A DNA stretch of 64,000 nt from a virus (IMGVR_UViG_3300028048_000043); one strand, 5' to 3'; counted from the first letter of the stretch, positions 9,101 to 18,887 are shown. A program made the numbers and translations. Notes: a model not told the origin generated them from the letters alone.

Positions 9101-10937
9101 TGTGCATATCCTTTATCCTGGTGGGTTTAAACCGATACATGAGGGTCACATGTTTCTTATTGAAAACGCAATAAAGTCCGTTAAGGCTACATTTGGTCCA
9201 AGTAACGTGGATCCGAAGGTTCATATTATATTGTCGAATAAAAGCAGAGACGGTGTTACAGCCGAAACGACAGCAAGATATCTTGACAGTATAGGTATAG
9301 GAAAATATGGAATAGATTACATTATTTGCGACGGAAGTCCTGTCAGAAAAGCTTATAATATTGTAGCAACAAAAGAATACGGTAACGGATACTACTACAT
9401 ACTGTCGTCGAAGAAAGATTCAGATATAGATCGTTGTATGGATTTTGTTGATGCGTTTAAGATTGGTGGAAAGTATTATACAGAAGGCGCAACTGTGATG
9501 TACTGCCCTCCGTCAGCACCAATGAAATATGCATGGAGGAATGACGATAAGAACGGAGAAATTATATCATCTAGAATCGTTCGTCAGGATGCAATAAACA
9601 GCGATTATGAAAACTTTGAAAAGGCGTATTTGCATCCATATTTTTCCGATAAAACTCTTCTCGGTCGTTATTATATATGGATAAAGAGAGATATGGAGAA
9701 TTCTGGATTGTTTGAAGGCGCTGCCGCTGGGCACATAAACCACCCATATGAAGAAGATTACCTAACGTTTGCAGAAATAAGCGATATGATACGAGATGTA
9801 TTTTCCGGATCCATAGAAGATATGACTGAAAAGATTGACGGTATGAATATAATGGCGTCCGTTGATACACGAGGGAGAGCAATTTTTGCAAGAAACAAGT
9901 CGCAGTTAACCGATTATCCAATGACACTCGATGACATACGTTCAAACAAGCAGAGTTGGTCGAAAGGAATATTGGCTTCGTTTGTTAAAGGAGCAGAAAC
10001 AATCGCTGCGATATTCAAGAATATAAAAGACGCGAAGTCAGTTTTCAATGAAGACGATAAGTTGGATGGAGTTAGATATAGAACGTGGTGCAATTTTGAA
10101 ATAACTGATACAGCTTCACAAAATGTTATTCCATATACTGAGAATATAATATCATTAAATGGTTTTATTACGGCTTGTCTCAATTACGGGATAGACAAAG
10201 AGGGAGAGTGGGAAATATTTGAGCCTCACGAATCAAACGTTAACAGGATTAAACCTGTTGTTATTGATGCGATGAAGAAGACAAATGAAACTTATTTTAA
10301 GGTAAAACTCCCTCAGAATGTATTCTTAGCTCAGGCTGAAGCTGAGCGCGAAGTCATATTAAGAAAATATCAAGAAATGCTTGAGGAACTTTGTGAGGAT
10401 TATAATCTTACGATGGATAGCAATATTAGAATGTTTAAGCGCGAATCTCTTAAAAGATATCTTGTAAACAACGGGTTTAGTGACTTCAGTGATGAAGAAA
10501 TAGATCGTATGGCTGAAATGGTTTTAGGACAAATTCGCCTTTCTATAATGGCTTTTCCTGAAAACGAAAGAAAACGAATAGTAGATTTCAGAAAAAATAA
10601 GGAAAAGGATGTTCTAAAGAGAATAATGCTTCCAATCGATAAATTCTTTATAGACTTTGGAAACGATGTAATCAAATGCTGTAAAGGCATTCAGAATGAA
10701 GGAAATGAAAAAGAAATCGTAGCAAAAATAAAGAAAGGTGTAGTCGACGCAATCGATTCTATTACCAAATCAAACGATGAGCGGAAAATCGATAAACTCG
10801 AATATCTTCTTATACGATTAGGAAATGATCCAGAGATTTATCCAAGCGAAGGTATAGTTTACACTTATAAAGGAAGGAAATATAAGCTGACTGGAAGTTT
10901 TGCGGCATTGAATCAAATAAAGAATCTTCTTAAATAA
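9081..10937 (+). CDS. HIGH-motif nucleotidyltransferase domain fused to putative KxDG ligase (Rnl2-like) domain
   Basis: N-terminal PGGFKPIHEGH matches (T/H)xGH cytidylyltransferase-superfamily motif (NMNAT/PPAT-like); downstream EKIDGMNIMASVD resembles Rnl2 motif I KIHGTN. Confidence 0.5.
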   Translation: MKKLKLNVHILYPGGFKPIHEGHMFLIENAIKSVKATFGPSNVDPKVHIILSNKSRDGVTAETTARYLDSIGIGKYGIDYIICDGSPVRKAYNIVATKEYGNGYYYILSSKKDSDIDRCMDFVDAFKIGGKYYTEGATVMYCPPSAPMKYAWRNDDKNGEIISSRIVRQDAINSDYENFEKAYLHPYFSDKTLLGRYYIWIKRDMENSGLFEGAAAGHINHPYEEDYLTFAEISDMIRDVFSGSIEDMTEKIDGMNIMASVDTRGRAIFARNKSQLTDYPMTLDDIRSNKQSWSKGILASFVKGAETIAAIFKNIKDAKSVFNEDDKLDGVRYRTWCNFEITDTASQNVIPYTENIISLNGFITACLNYGIDKEGEWEIFEPHESNVNRIKPVVIDAMKKTNETYFKVKLPQNVFLAQAEAEREVILRKYQEMLEELCEDYNLTMDSNIRMFKRESLKRYLVNNGFSDFSDEEIDRMAEMVLGQIRLSIMAFPENERKRIVDFRKNKEKDVLKRIMLPIDKFFIDFGNDVIKCCKGIQNEGNEKEIVAKIKKGVVDAIDSITKSNDERKIDKLEYLLIRLGNDPEIYPSEGIVYTYKGRKYKLTGSFAALNQIKNLLK

Positions 10938-10970
10938 AAAGAAAGGAACATTGCTGTTCCTTTCTTTATT
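10938..10970. terminator. bidirectional hairpin terminator between convergent genes
   Basis: AAAGAAAGGAACA ttgc TGTTCCTTTCTTT. Confidence 0.6.
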
Positions 10971-11418
10971 TATAGAATACGTCATCTTTCCATAGAAGAT
11001 ATCTTGAAACGTAATCCATGTCTTCTTCTTTTGGTCGATTCTCTTTTTCTTCTTCAGCTTTTTGTTCAGCTTCTATTCTTTTCAGCATAGCCTCTTTATT
11101 TCTGGCATACATATCTTCGAGATCTTTTCTTTCTTTATCTGATAATCCAGCTATAAAATGTCTTTCTTCTATGTAATCGTACGCCTGTTTAAGTCGTTCT
11201 ATTCTTGTAGGATACATAAACCACCAGTCTATTTCTTCCTTAGGCATCAATGTGATTCCTCTATAATCTTTGATTGGTTTAATGTTCATTGTGTTTTTTA
11301 CAATGTCATACATATCATCACGATCCATCTTTTTATAGATTTTCTCGCGGAATAATGTAAGAACGGCAGTGACCGGATAATATAGTCTGTTGTTGTAATA
11401 TAAATGGTTAAGCTGCAT
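10966..11418 (-). CDS. hypothetical protein
   Basis: 150-aa ORF, coiled-coil/charged C-terminus. Confidence 0.45.
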   Translation of the reverse strand: MQLNHLYYNNRLYYPVTAVLTLFREKIYKKMDRDDMYDIVKNTMNIKPIKDYRGITLMPKEEIDWWFMYPTRIERLKQAYDYIEERHFIAGLSDKERKDLEDMYARNKEAMLKRIEAEQKAEEEKENRPKEEDMDYVSRYLLWKDDVFYK

Positions 11419-12244
11419 CTTTCAAAATATATTTGTCGCAATAGTCCATTATACCTTTAACGTGTATTTCTGCTATTGCTCGTTTTCCTTCTTCGGACAA
11501 AAGAATCTTTGTGTCTTCAACGTTTGTGTAGAAAAGATTTTCTGTAAGAACGGCCGGCATGTTAGCACCATATATAACTGTGAAGTTTTCCTCCAAGTCT
11601 GGATCGCCGTCAGACGTGTTCTTTCTTAATGTTGAACCAAGCTTAGGTATGATTTCGGCGGCTCTATTGTATATGCAGGTTGCCAGTTTATCGCTGTTAT
11701 TTTGTCCTTTTGTTGTGTAGATGCACCATCCCCTGGCGCTTGTCCATGCGTCACCGTGACCATGAGCGTTTGAGTGAACGCTTAGGAACAGATGAGAATA
11801 ATCTGGATACTGAGCTTTGTCCTTGTTTGCTCTCTTATATCTTTCAACAAGAGACACGTCAACATCTGATTCCGGTGTAACAGTATGAACACTGAATCCT
11901 TCTTTTTCAAGACCTTCTCTTATAAGAGCGCCTATTTCTCTATTTGATTTCCATTCGTATAGTTCCAACGCAGGCAGAACCCCACTACAAAGATAGCTTG
12001 ATCGTTTTCCAGGTGTTGTTGAAGCGTGACCATCATCAACATGAACCCTAATTTTCGAATATTTGCTCATAGTTGTATCTATATTGTTTGTTTCTTCTGT
12101 TTCTGTTTCAGACTCCTGTTCTTCCTGAATTTCATTTTCGTTTTCTGACATTTCACTCTGGTTCACCGTTGTGGTTGAAGTTTCATTCTCTTTTTTTCCA
12201 AAAAGAGAACATAACAGTTGTATTAACCATTTTAAGAATTCCAT
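11408..12244 (-). CDS. N-acetylmuramoyl-L-alanine amidase (Amidase_3-like) with acidic N-terminal linker
   Basis: IRVHVDDGHASTTPGKRS resembles IDAGHGG.DPGA; later LSVHSNAHG resembles SIHADA motif. Confidence 0.55.
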   Translation of the reverse strand: MEFLKWLIQLLCSLFGKKENETSTTTVNQSEMSENENEIQEEQESETETEETNNIDTTMSKYSKIRVHVDDGHASTTPGKRSSYLCSGVLPALELYEWKSNREIGALIREGLEKEGFSVHTVTPESDVDVSLVERYKRANKDKAQYPDYSHLFLSVHSNAHGHGDAWTSARGWCIYTTKGQNNSDKLATCIYNRAAEIIPKLGSTLRKNTSDGDPDLEENFTVIYGANMPAVLTENLFYTNVEDTKILLSEEGKRAIAEIHVKGIMDYCDKYILKDAA

Positions 12245-12705
12245 CAGAACTCGTAATCTCCTAAATCAATTACTTCTTCTTCCTGATCGTTTGCTTCAGA
12301 TAACAGCTTGTCATATGTTTCTGGAGTTATACTCATCCACCAATCGTAATCGATTATTTGCTTTTCTTTCTTTATGTAATTTACAACTTTTGCAACTTCA
12401 TCTATCATTTCATGGACAAGAACATCTTTTTTGTCATCGAAATATCCTTCATTATAAAGATAATCGAATAGATCTTCAACAAGCTTCCCGACATAAACAA
12501 CGTCCGGTTCGTTTCTACTCTCTAGTACACCGAGGCCAACAGTGTCGTATGCAACGATATTTCTTATCTCAAGTAAAAATTCTATTGGGTTTGTTGCAAC
12601 AAGAACCTTATAGAATAGAGTTTTTCCGGATTTGCCGCCATACTTTGACTCGATTATCTTATCTGTTGAATTACATCCAAGGATTATTTCTTCTAGATTG
12701 TACAT
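12244..12705 (-). CDS. hypothetical protein
   Basis: 153-aa ORF, start codon overlaps amidase gene. Confidence 0.45.
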   Translation of the reverse strand: MYNLEEIILGCNSTDKIIESKYGGKSGKTLFYKVLVATNPIEFLLEIRNIVAYDTVGLGVLESRNEPDVVYVGKLVEDLFDYLYNEGYFDDKKDVLVHEMIDEVAKVVNYIKKEKQIIDYDWWMSITPETYDKLLSEANDQEEEVIDLGDYEF

Positions 12706-12739
12706 AGTTTGTTTCTTTTGTTTTTTTATTTATCTGTTT

Positions 12740-12760
12740 TTTCAGTATATTTGCATCAAA
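12740..12760 (+). promoter_or_regulatory. TAnnTTTG promoter element
   Basis: CAGTATATTTGCA; TATATTTG at 12746-12753, 22 nt before ATG 12775. Confidence 0.45.
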
Positions 12761-12774
12761 ATATGTAATCACTT

Positions 12775-12990
12775 ATGGCAAAGAAAGATGAATACAGTGG
12801 GCAGTTATGTGTTTTCGTTGTTGTGTCGAAAAGACTTTTTAAAGAAACAAATACTGTAGAAACTGAAGTTAACGCTGTATATAAAACAGTGCAAGACGCT
12901 CGCGATTTCGGAAAGTTTTTGATCAATCAACCAGAATATGAAGGATCCAAATACATCTCATACGAAGTTGAAACCTTTATAGTTTTATAA
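12775..12990 (+). CDS. hypothetical small protein
   Basis: 71-aa ORF directly downstream of promoter motif. Confidence 0.35.
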   Translation: MAKKDEYSGQLCVFVVVSKRLFKETNTVETEVNAVYKTVQDARDFGKFLINQPEYEGSKYISYEVETFIVL

Positions 12991-12991
12991 G

Positions 12992-13576
12992 ATGAGCGTA
13001 TACGAAACTTCTAGACAACCGGATTTTCAAAAAGATATCGCCACTTATGGAAAGATTGGCGAGAACTTCTTTATGAATACGTTCGGAAAGGCGTTGACTT
13101 CAAGAGGAGAACAAATTTATGACGTATCGAATAGATTGTTCTGGCAAAAGATTGATGTTGATTTGGTTATTTCAAAGGGAGGAAAACCTTTGGTTGATTC
13201 GTTCGAAGCCGTTTCCGATGATTCATTTTTAAAAATAGAAATAAAGGTTGATACAAGGGCGGCTCACACCGGAAACCTTCCGTTTGAAATCATAAGTCAT
13301 GGCGGATGGGGGTGGGGAATAAAATCCCACGCTGACAAAGTTTTTGTGGTTTTATGCGAAGATGGTATTCAGAACGGAATGATCTACGCTCATAAGGCTT
13401 ATCTTATTGACATGCTTAAATGGAAAGTGTTTGCTTCATATTCTTCAAATACTTTTAGGAATGCGCCGAATAGAATTGTTAATGAGGAGATTTATGATTT
13501 CCTGTGTAAGATTGAGCATATGAAAAAGGTCCCAGGTCTTATACTTGGAGAAATAGAAATAAACGGTTGGATATAA
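12992..13576 (+). CDS. hypothetical protein, possible PD-(D/E)xK-fold nuclease
   Basis: IDVDLV ... KIEIKVDT spacing resembles D...(D/E)xK; weak. Confidence 0.4.
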   Translation: MSVYETSRQPDFQKDIATYGKIGENFFMNTFGKALTSRGEQIYDVSNRLFWQKIDVDLVISKGGKPLVDSFEAVSDDSFLKIEIKVDTRAAHTGNLPFEIISHGGWGWGIKSHADKVFVVLCEDGIQNGMIYAHKAYLIDMLKWKVFASYSSNTFRNAPNRIVNEEIYDFLCKIEHMKKVPGLILGEIEINGWI

Positions 13577-13580
13577 ACAC

Positions 13581-14330
13581 ATGGACTCTCAAGAAGAAAA
13601 GAAATATCCATTTAAGAAAAATGGTCTTTTAACAAAATTGTCAGTTAAAGATATAGAACTCTCTATCGTTTGTTCAATGCAATATGCTAGAAAGGATTTG
13701 TATGTGCCTAATGTAAGTTGGGGATTCTTTTCTGAACACGAGGCGGATCTTGTAAAGATAACAAAGTCTGGATATCTAACCGAGTTTGAAATTAAACGTT
13801 CCTGGAACGATTTTGTGGCTGACTTCAAGAAACATTCATATCATCATGACGACCGCATATCTGAATTATATTATGTCGTCCCTGAGGTTATGGCTGATGC
13901 TGCAATAGATTATATAAAAACATCGGATAAAAGGTTTTACAGACCAGGTGTGTATTCTTTTTCTGAATATGGCAATATTAGAATGGTTTTAGGATGTACG
14001 TATCCATCGGTATCAAAGATGTATGTTGAAGATCAGTTTGAAGTTGCTAGACTTGGAGTATTAAGATATTGGGATAAAAGATTTAAGGAATCTGGAAAGG
14101 AACAAGATACTGAGCAGAAATGGATATCTTGTGAAGAAAAACTGCCGGTTGAGTATCACTTATCTGAAACAAAAGACGGTTTTTATAGAAGCTGGAGTGA
14201 ATCAAAACCAGTTTTGATTTATCTTGATAGTGGAGATGTGTTTACAGATGTGTGCTGTGATGGAAAATTCAGCCATGACAATGTCATCGCATGGATGCCT
14301 ATACCAGATTTAGATATAAAAATTTCTTAA
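13581..14330 (+). CDS. hypothetical protein, possible PD-(D/E)xK-fold nuclease
   Basis: HEADLVKITKSGYLTEFEIKRS resembles D...ExK; weak. Confidence 0.4.
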   Translation: MDSQEEKKYPFKKNGLLTKLSVKDIELSIVCSMQYARKDLYVPNVSWGFFSEHEADLVKITKSGYLTEFEIKRSWNDFVADFKKHSYHHDDRISELYYVVPEVMADAAIDYIKTSDKRFYRPGVYSFSEYGNIRMVLGCTYPSVSKMYVEDQFEVARLGVLRYWDKRFKESGKEQDTEQKWISCEEKLPVEYHLSETKDGFYRSWSESKPVLIYLDSGDVFTDVCCDGKFSHDNVIAWMPIPDLDIKIS

Positions 14331-14370
14331 TTTGTTTTGATATTTGATTTTTTTATTCTATCTTTGCAAT

Positions 14371-14994
14371 ATGAAAAAAATCGTAGACAATTTTTTACAG
14401 ATAAGTAACTTTCTTTTCCTAAATGAAGAGAATCGTTTAGCTGAAGATGAGTTTTATTTTCTTCAGGTTCTCGTCAGAGGAAAAGATGGAAACAAAGTGT
14501 CTGGAAACAATAAGAACAGGCTTGTGAAGTTCTACCGTGTTCGTACAGCCGATGAACTGATGTCATTCAAGGACGAAATTGTAGCTCTATGCAGAGTAAC
14601 CAACGGAAGGGCATATATCAACCCGACGCCTAGAAATTATAAGAACGTCGCAAATCTTGTTCTTGAAGATACGGTTAGGACATTTATTTCTCAAAATTAT
14701 GCCGGTCTTCCGTCTATGTACCCTACAGCGTGCGGCAAGTCTTATGTTAAAGAAAAAAGGTTTTACATTGTCGATCTCGATAACGTTGATATAAATGATC
14801 CAAATTCAACGAAAGTGTACAGGGACTACATCAACGAAGAATGTAATGGAGAAGTAAAAGCTTTAGTCCCAACTAAAAGCGGATGTCATCTAATATGCAA
14901 AAAATTCAATACAAAAAAATTTAATGACAAATTCCCTTGTATAGACGTTCACAAAAATAATCCAACGCTTTTGTATTTTGAAACAAGAGATTAA
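14371..14994 (+). CDS. hypothetical protein
   Basis: ORF track starts at TTG 14344; ATG 14371 (MKKIVDN) preferred; TATCTTTG 5 nt upstream. Confidence 0.45.
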   Translation: MKKIVDNFLQISNFLFLNEENRLAEDEFYFLQVLVRGKDGNKVSGNNKNRLVKFYRVRTADELMSFKDEIVALCRVTNGRAYINPTPRNYKNVANLVLEDTVRTFISQNYAGLPSMYPTACGKSYVKEKRFYIVDLDNVDINDPNSTKVYRDYINEECNGEVKALVPTKSGCHLICKKFNTKKFNDKFPCIDVHKNNPTLLYFETRD

Positions 14995-15137
14995 TATATT
15001 GAAGGAATTTATATATTGTCCATAGCTTTGTGTGTTTCTGGATTACTGCTTATAGCAAACGGAATCTCAATGATCATAATTGGAAAATTTGAAATAAAAA
15101 GAAAACAACAACTTATAAACGATTTAAATAAATTAAA

Positions 15138-15962
15138 ATGAAATCATTAAAAGAAATCACAACAAATCTGAAGTATCGAGTAAGAAACTTTCTTCTCTAT
15201 AAAATCGCGCTTCCTATCATTAGATGGTGCGGTAAAGACTCTAACTATGTTAAACACTACGATAAAGAAATAAGCATTATCAGAAAAGGAGAACCTGGAT
15301 GCGGAATCGACGGTCTTATGGATTCCCAGGTAAAGGACCTTCTCTATCTTCTTTCTACGCAATGGGATAGCGGATTTAGTATACATTTCAAACGCCGCTA
15401 TTTCGATGCAGCCGCAAAGTTCGGTCTGCTTTCTCCTCTTACTTTTAAAGACGATGAGTTCGGTGAGTCTTATATGAGTGGACGAAATGATTTGACCGCA
15501 CAGAATAAACGACTATCGTCCGTGTTCAAATCAAACGGAAAGGTATATGATATCGATGCATTCTCGATTCGTACGTCTTTGCAGCACAACATTGACACAA
15601 AAGAAACCGTAGAGGGAAACGGTCTTACTTGGTCAGGTGGAACCTGGGTTCATGATAAAGAATCTGGAAAATGGTTCTTTATGTCAAGAGGATATATTGA
15701 CACGAAGAAAAACAAAACGTTTATGGGTGAGAATCACGTAGTTGTTCCAACAATCGAGATTATAGACAACAACTGTGGTACAGGAACGTTTATTATGAGT
15801 ATAACAGATAAAGATCTTATTCCAAACGAGTTCTACAAGGATTATACGATTGATTCAGTTTTTGATACAGAACGCCGGAGTGACGAACGGCTTAAAGAGG
15901 ATCTTGAATTCCTTGATTCACACAACGATGAGTTCGTCGAAGTGCTTAAAAAGTTAAGATAA
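15138..15962 (+). CDS. hypothetical protein
   Basis: 274-aa ORF. Confidence 0.45.
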   Translation: MKSLKEITTNLKYRVRNFLLYKIALPIIRWCGKDSNYVKHYDKEISIIRKGEPGCGIDGLMDSQVKDLLYLLSTQWDSGFSIHFKRRYFDAAAKFGLLSPLTFKDDEFGESYMSGRNDLTAQNKRLSSVFKSNGKVYDIDAFSIRTSLQHNIDTKETVEGNGLTWSGGTWVHDKESGKWFFMSRGYIDTKKNKTFMGENHVVVPTIEIIDNNCGTGTFIMSITDKDLIPNEFYKDYTIDSVFDTERRSDERLKEDLEFLDSHNDEFVEVLKKLR

Positions 15963-15966
15963 TAAT

Positions 15967-16164
15967 ATGGCTTGGTATTTCATAGTTCTGTTGATATTTG
16001 GATACTTTGTCCTTTGGATTGTAACATCATTGCTTTCAATTTATTGCAGGGAATCCAAGACAATTGAGGATGCAGTGGTGTTTGGATTTGCCTGGCCGGT
16101 ATTTTTTGTAATCTTTTTACCGATGTCTGTTATAACATATTTTGTTCGAAAATACAACATTTGA
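15967..16164 (+). CDS. small membrane protein
   Basis: 65 aa, two hydrophobic helices. Confidence 0.4.
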   Translation: MAWYFIVLLIFGYFVLWIVTSLLSIYCRESKTIEDAVVFGFAWPVFFVIFLPMSVITYFVRKYNI

Positions 16165-16170
16165 TATATT

Positions 16171-16623
16171 ATGGAAAATTTAGAAAATAAAATACAAGAA
16201 AATCTTGTAAAGGCTATGAAGGCTAAAAACGAAATCGAAGTATCAGCCCTTCGTTCAGTTAAAGCCGCTATTCAGAACGAGAAGGTTAATGGCGCATATC
16301 ACGAACTCACATACAACGAAATCATAGGCGTTATTCAAAAGCTCAGCAAGCAGCGCCAAGAAGCAGCTGAGATTTATACGTCTGCCGGGCGTACTGAACT
16401 TGCGGAAAAAGAGCTTTCAGAAAAGAAAATACTTGACGAATATCTTCCAAAGATGCTTCCGGAATACGAACTAAGAAAAGTAATCAGCGAGACCATATCT
16501 GGACTTAATATAACAGAGATGAAAGGAATGGGTCTTGTCATCAAAACACTAAAAGAAAGGTATCCAAATCAGTTCGATGGATCTGTTGCATCTCGAATTG
16601 TTCTCGAGATTCTATCAAAATAA
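16171..16623 (+). CDS. GatB/YqeY-domain protein
   Basis: N-terminal NLVKAMKAKNEIEVSALRSVKAAIQN matches YqeY family pattern. Confidence 0.6.
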   Translation: MENLENKIQENLVKAMKAKNEIEVSALRSVKAAIQNEKVNGAYHELTYNEIIGVIQKLSKQRQEAAEIYTSAGRTELAEKELSEKKILDEYLPKMLPEYELRKVISETISGLNITEMKGMGLVIKTLKERYPNQFDGSVASRIVLEILSK

Positions 16624-16643
16624 TACATTCGTTCGAATATAAA

Positions 16644-17309
16644 ATGGAAGAATCTGTTAAAAATACATCCGATGTGATGCAATTTAGGGAGAATTATTTC
16701 CTTGATTTGAATTCTGTTCTTATTAAGTTCAGAAAAGAACACGGGATGAAAGACGCAAAGGAGCTTATACCTTATCTTAGACGAATGCTCCATTGGTACG
16801 AAAACATGGGTCATATTGTTCTTGATGATAGCATTGAGAAACCATCAACGTCAAACGATTCTTTAAAGAAGAGTCCTGAAGGAAAACTGATAACTTGTGG
16901 TGTTATCATCAAGGATGTCAATGACAAAATTCTTGCTTGTGTTCCAACAGGCTCGTCTTATTATTTTGATATACCGAAAGGGTGCGCCAATAAAGATGAA
17001 GACGATTTGGATGCAGCTATAAGGGAATGCCGCGAAGAAACCGGTCTTCGTTTGGATTATTTTAGAAATGAAATCGAAGATCTAGGCGTTTACAAATATC
17101 TCAAACATAAAGATATTCATTTATTCAGGTTAAAACTTCCGTTTGTTGCCTTAGATACTTTTGTACATACTCTTAAATGTACATCTTATTTTATGGATAA
17201 AGATGGAATTGAAAAACCTGAAGTTTCTGGTTATAGGGTTGTTGATCCAAAGACATGTGAGAACTTTAACACATCTATGACAGAACTAATTAGAAAATTC
17301 GCAATTTAA
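16644..17309 (+). CDS. Nudix hydrolase
   Basis: Nudix box GCANKDEDDLDAAIRECREETGL (REx2EExGU). Confidence 0.65.
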   Translation: MEESVKNTSDVMQFRENYFLDLNSVLIKFRKEHGMKDAKELIPYLRRMLHWYENMGHIVLDDSIEKPSTSNDSLKKSPEGKLITCGVIIKDVNDKILACVPTGSSYYFDIPKGCANKDEDDLDAAIRECREETGLRLDYFRNEIEDLGVYKYLKHKDIHLFRLKLPFVALDTFVHTLKCTSYFMDKDGIEKPEVSGYRVVDPKTCENFNTSMTELIRKFAI

Positions 17310-17314
17310 ATATT

Positions 17315-17785
17315 ATGAAAGGAAATGAGAATCATGGTGCAGGGGAGTTGTGTCTCTCTGATCAAATCAAAGAAAAAACTGTAAAATCGTTAAGAGATCT
17401 TCATAGATATGTAACAGACGATGGAGTTTCAATCAAAAACGGTATTCTTGTAAGAAATATTTCAACAGGAGTGCAATATACAGTTGTATATAAACCCGAA
17501 GACAATGTTTTTATCGGTGTACCTTTAAGTGGAGATTTTGTTCTCATATCAAATTTTGGAGAGGGGTTTGTATATGATGAACTTAAAACTGAAGTGGAAG
17601 TTGAAGAAAGGTATGTTGATGGGCTTACAAATGAAAATGGGTTAGGAATGACACTGCTGACAGCTGAACCATTGAAACCAAATACAAGATACAATCTTCT
17701 TGTTAGAGAGGCGTTAAACGAAAAGCGTCCGATGATAGAAAAAGTCTATGAGAACATAAAGAAAGAAAACAAAAAAACAAAATAA
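17315..17785 (+). CDS. hypothetical protein
   Basis: 156-aa ORF. Confidence 0.45.
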   Translation: MKGNENHGAGELCLSDQIKEKTVKSLRDLHRYVTDDGVSIKNGILVRNISTGVQYTVVYKPEDNVFIGVPLSGDFVLISNFGEGFVYDELKTEVEVEERYVDGLTNENGLGMTLLTAEPLKPNTRYNLLVREALNEKRPMIEKVYENIKKENKKTK

Positions 17786-17789
17786 GTAA

Positions 17790-18887
17790 ATGAACTATCA
17801 AAATGTTGGTGTCGTCAGCTTCGGAGTCAAGCTGCCGATTCTAAAGGAGGGTGATGATTTGGTAAGCGCAGTTGTTGAATCTGTGATCTCATCATGTAAT
17901 TCAATTCATGATAAGGATGTGATCGGCATTACAGAATCTATTGTTGCCCGCGTCGAGGGAAACTATGTTACTGTTGATGAGATTGCTGACTATGTAAAGA
18001 AACTTTACGGAGAACATGCAAAGATAGCTGTGTGTGCTCCAATATATTCAAGAAACAGATTTTCAATGATTCTTAAAGGAATAGCCCGTGGGGTTGATGA
18101 AATCGTTATGTTTGCCCCAGAATATGACGAGGTCGGAAATCCTTTCGGCGTGAATCCGTTTACTGGATGCGACATTGAAAAATATTATGGAGATATCTGT
18201 GAAGCTGAGAATTGTAAATTTTCTGTTGCAGACGGGCTTACCGAATTTTATAGCAAATTCGGAGTCGATGAGGACATGAAAGTTCTTAATTGTGGTCTTC
18301 ATATTGATAAAGAGAAGTATAATCTTTTTAAATCAATGGCTGATTCCTCATTCTATTATACTCTTGAGGATATTTGTAAAGAAAAATGTGAGTATGGACT
18401 CCTCGGCTCAAACAAGGCTACAGAAGAAAAACTCAAGCTGTTTCCAAGTAAGGCATTCGCTCAAAAGGTTTGTGAAGACGTTAAGCGAGAAATTTCAGTT
18501 AAAACTGGAGCAAACGTAATAGTTTGCGTGTACGGTGACGGTTGTTTCCATGATCCGGTTGCGGGAATATGGGAGTTTGCCGACCCTGTAACAATGCCAG
18601 CGTTTACTGACGAAGACATCATAATGTCTACTCCAAATGAGATCAAAATTAAATATTTTGCTGATGAAAAATTTAAGGATCTCAGCGGAGAAGAGCTGTC
18701 TGATGCAATCAGAGCAGAAATAAAAACAAAGAAAGAAAATCTTGTTGGAGAGATGACATCTGAAGGGACAACACCGCGTCTTAGAAGGGATCTTCTTGCT
18801 TCGCTCATGGACTTAACATCTGGATCAGGAGATAGAGGAACGCCTGTTGTTGTCGTTAAAGGTTATTTTGTAGATTACTCTTCTTAA
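17790..18887 (+). CDS. hypothetical protein, possible CofE-like (F420-0:gamma-glutamyl ligase fold)
   Basis: N-terminal VKLPILKEGDDLVSAV ... IGITESIVARVEGN resembles CofE family opening motif; unverified. Confidence 0.4.
   Translation: MNYQNVGVVSFGVKLPILKEGDDLVSAVVESVISSCNSIHDKDVIGITESIVARVEGNYVTVDEIADYVKKLYGEHAKIAVCAPIYSRNRFSMILKGIARGVDEIVMFAPEYDEVGNPFGVNPFTGCDIEKYYGDICEAENCKFSVADGLTEFYSKFGVDEDMKVLNCGLHIDKEKYNLFKSMADSSFYYTLEDICKEKCEYGLLGSNKATEEKLKLFPSKAFAQKVCEDVKREISVKTGANVIVCVYGDGCFHDPVAGIWEFADPVTMPAFTDEDIIMSTPNEIKIKYFADEKFKDLSGEELSDAIRAEIKTKKENLVGEMTSEGTTPRLRRDLLASLMDLTSGSGDRGTPVVVVKGYFVDYSS

Noticed and set aside
12171-12707. Plus-strand 178-aa ORF and several similar antisense ORFs (for example 35532-35954, 45445-45717, 42143-42526, 53205-53603)
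   Set aside because: They lie fully inside better-supported opposite-strand genes, have no motif support, and have low-complexity or C/L-rich composition typical of antisense frames in AT-rich DNA.
14344-14370. TTG-initiated start at 14344 given in the ORF track
   Set aside because: ATG at 14371 (MKKIVDN) follows a TATCTTTG element and avoids a hydrophobic non-conserved leader, so ATG 14371 is preferred.
9081-17309. Calling the Nudix plus HIGH-nucleotidyltransferase genes a complete NAD+ reconstitution (NARP-like) anti-defence pathway
   Set aside because: No nicotinamide phosphoribosyltransferase or ADP-ribose pyrophosphokinase homolog is recognisable in the window. The nucleotidyltransferase domain is fused to a ligase-like domain rather than to Nudix, so the call would be over-interpretation.
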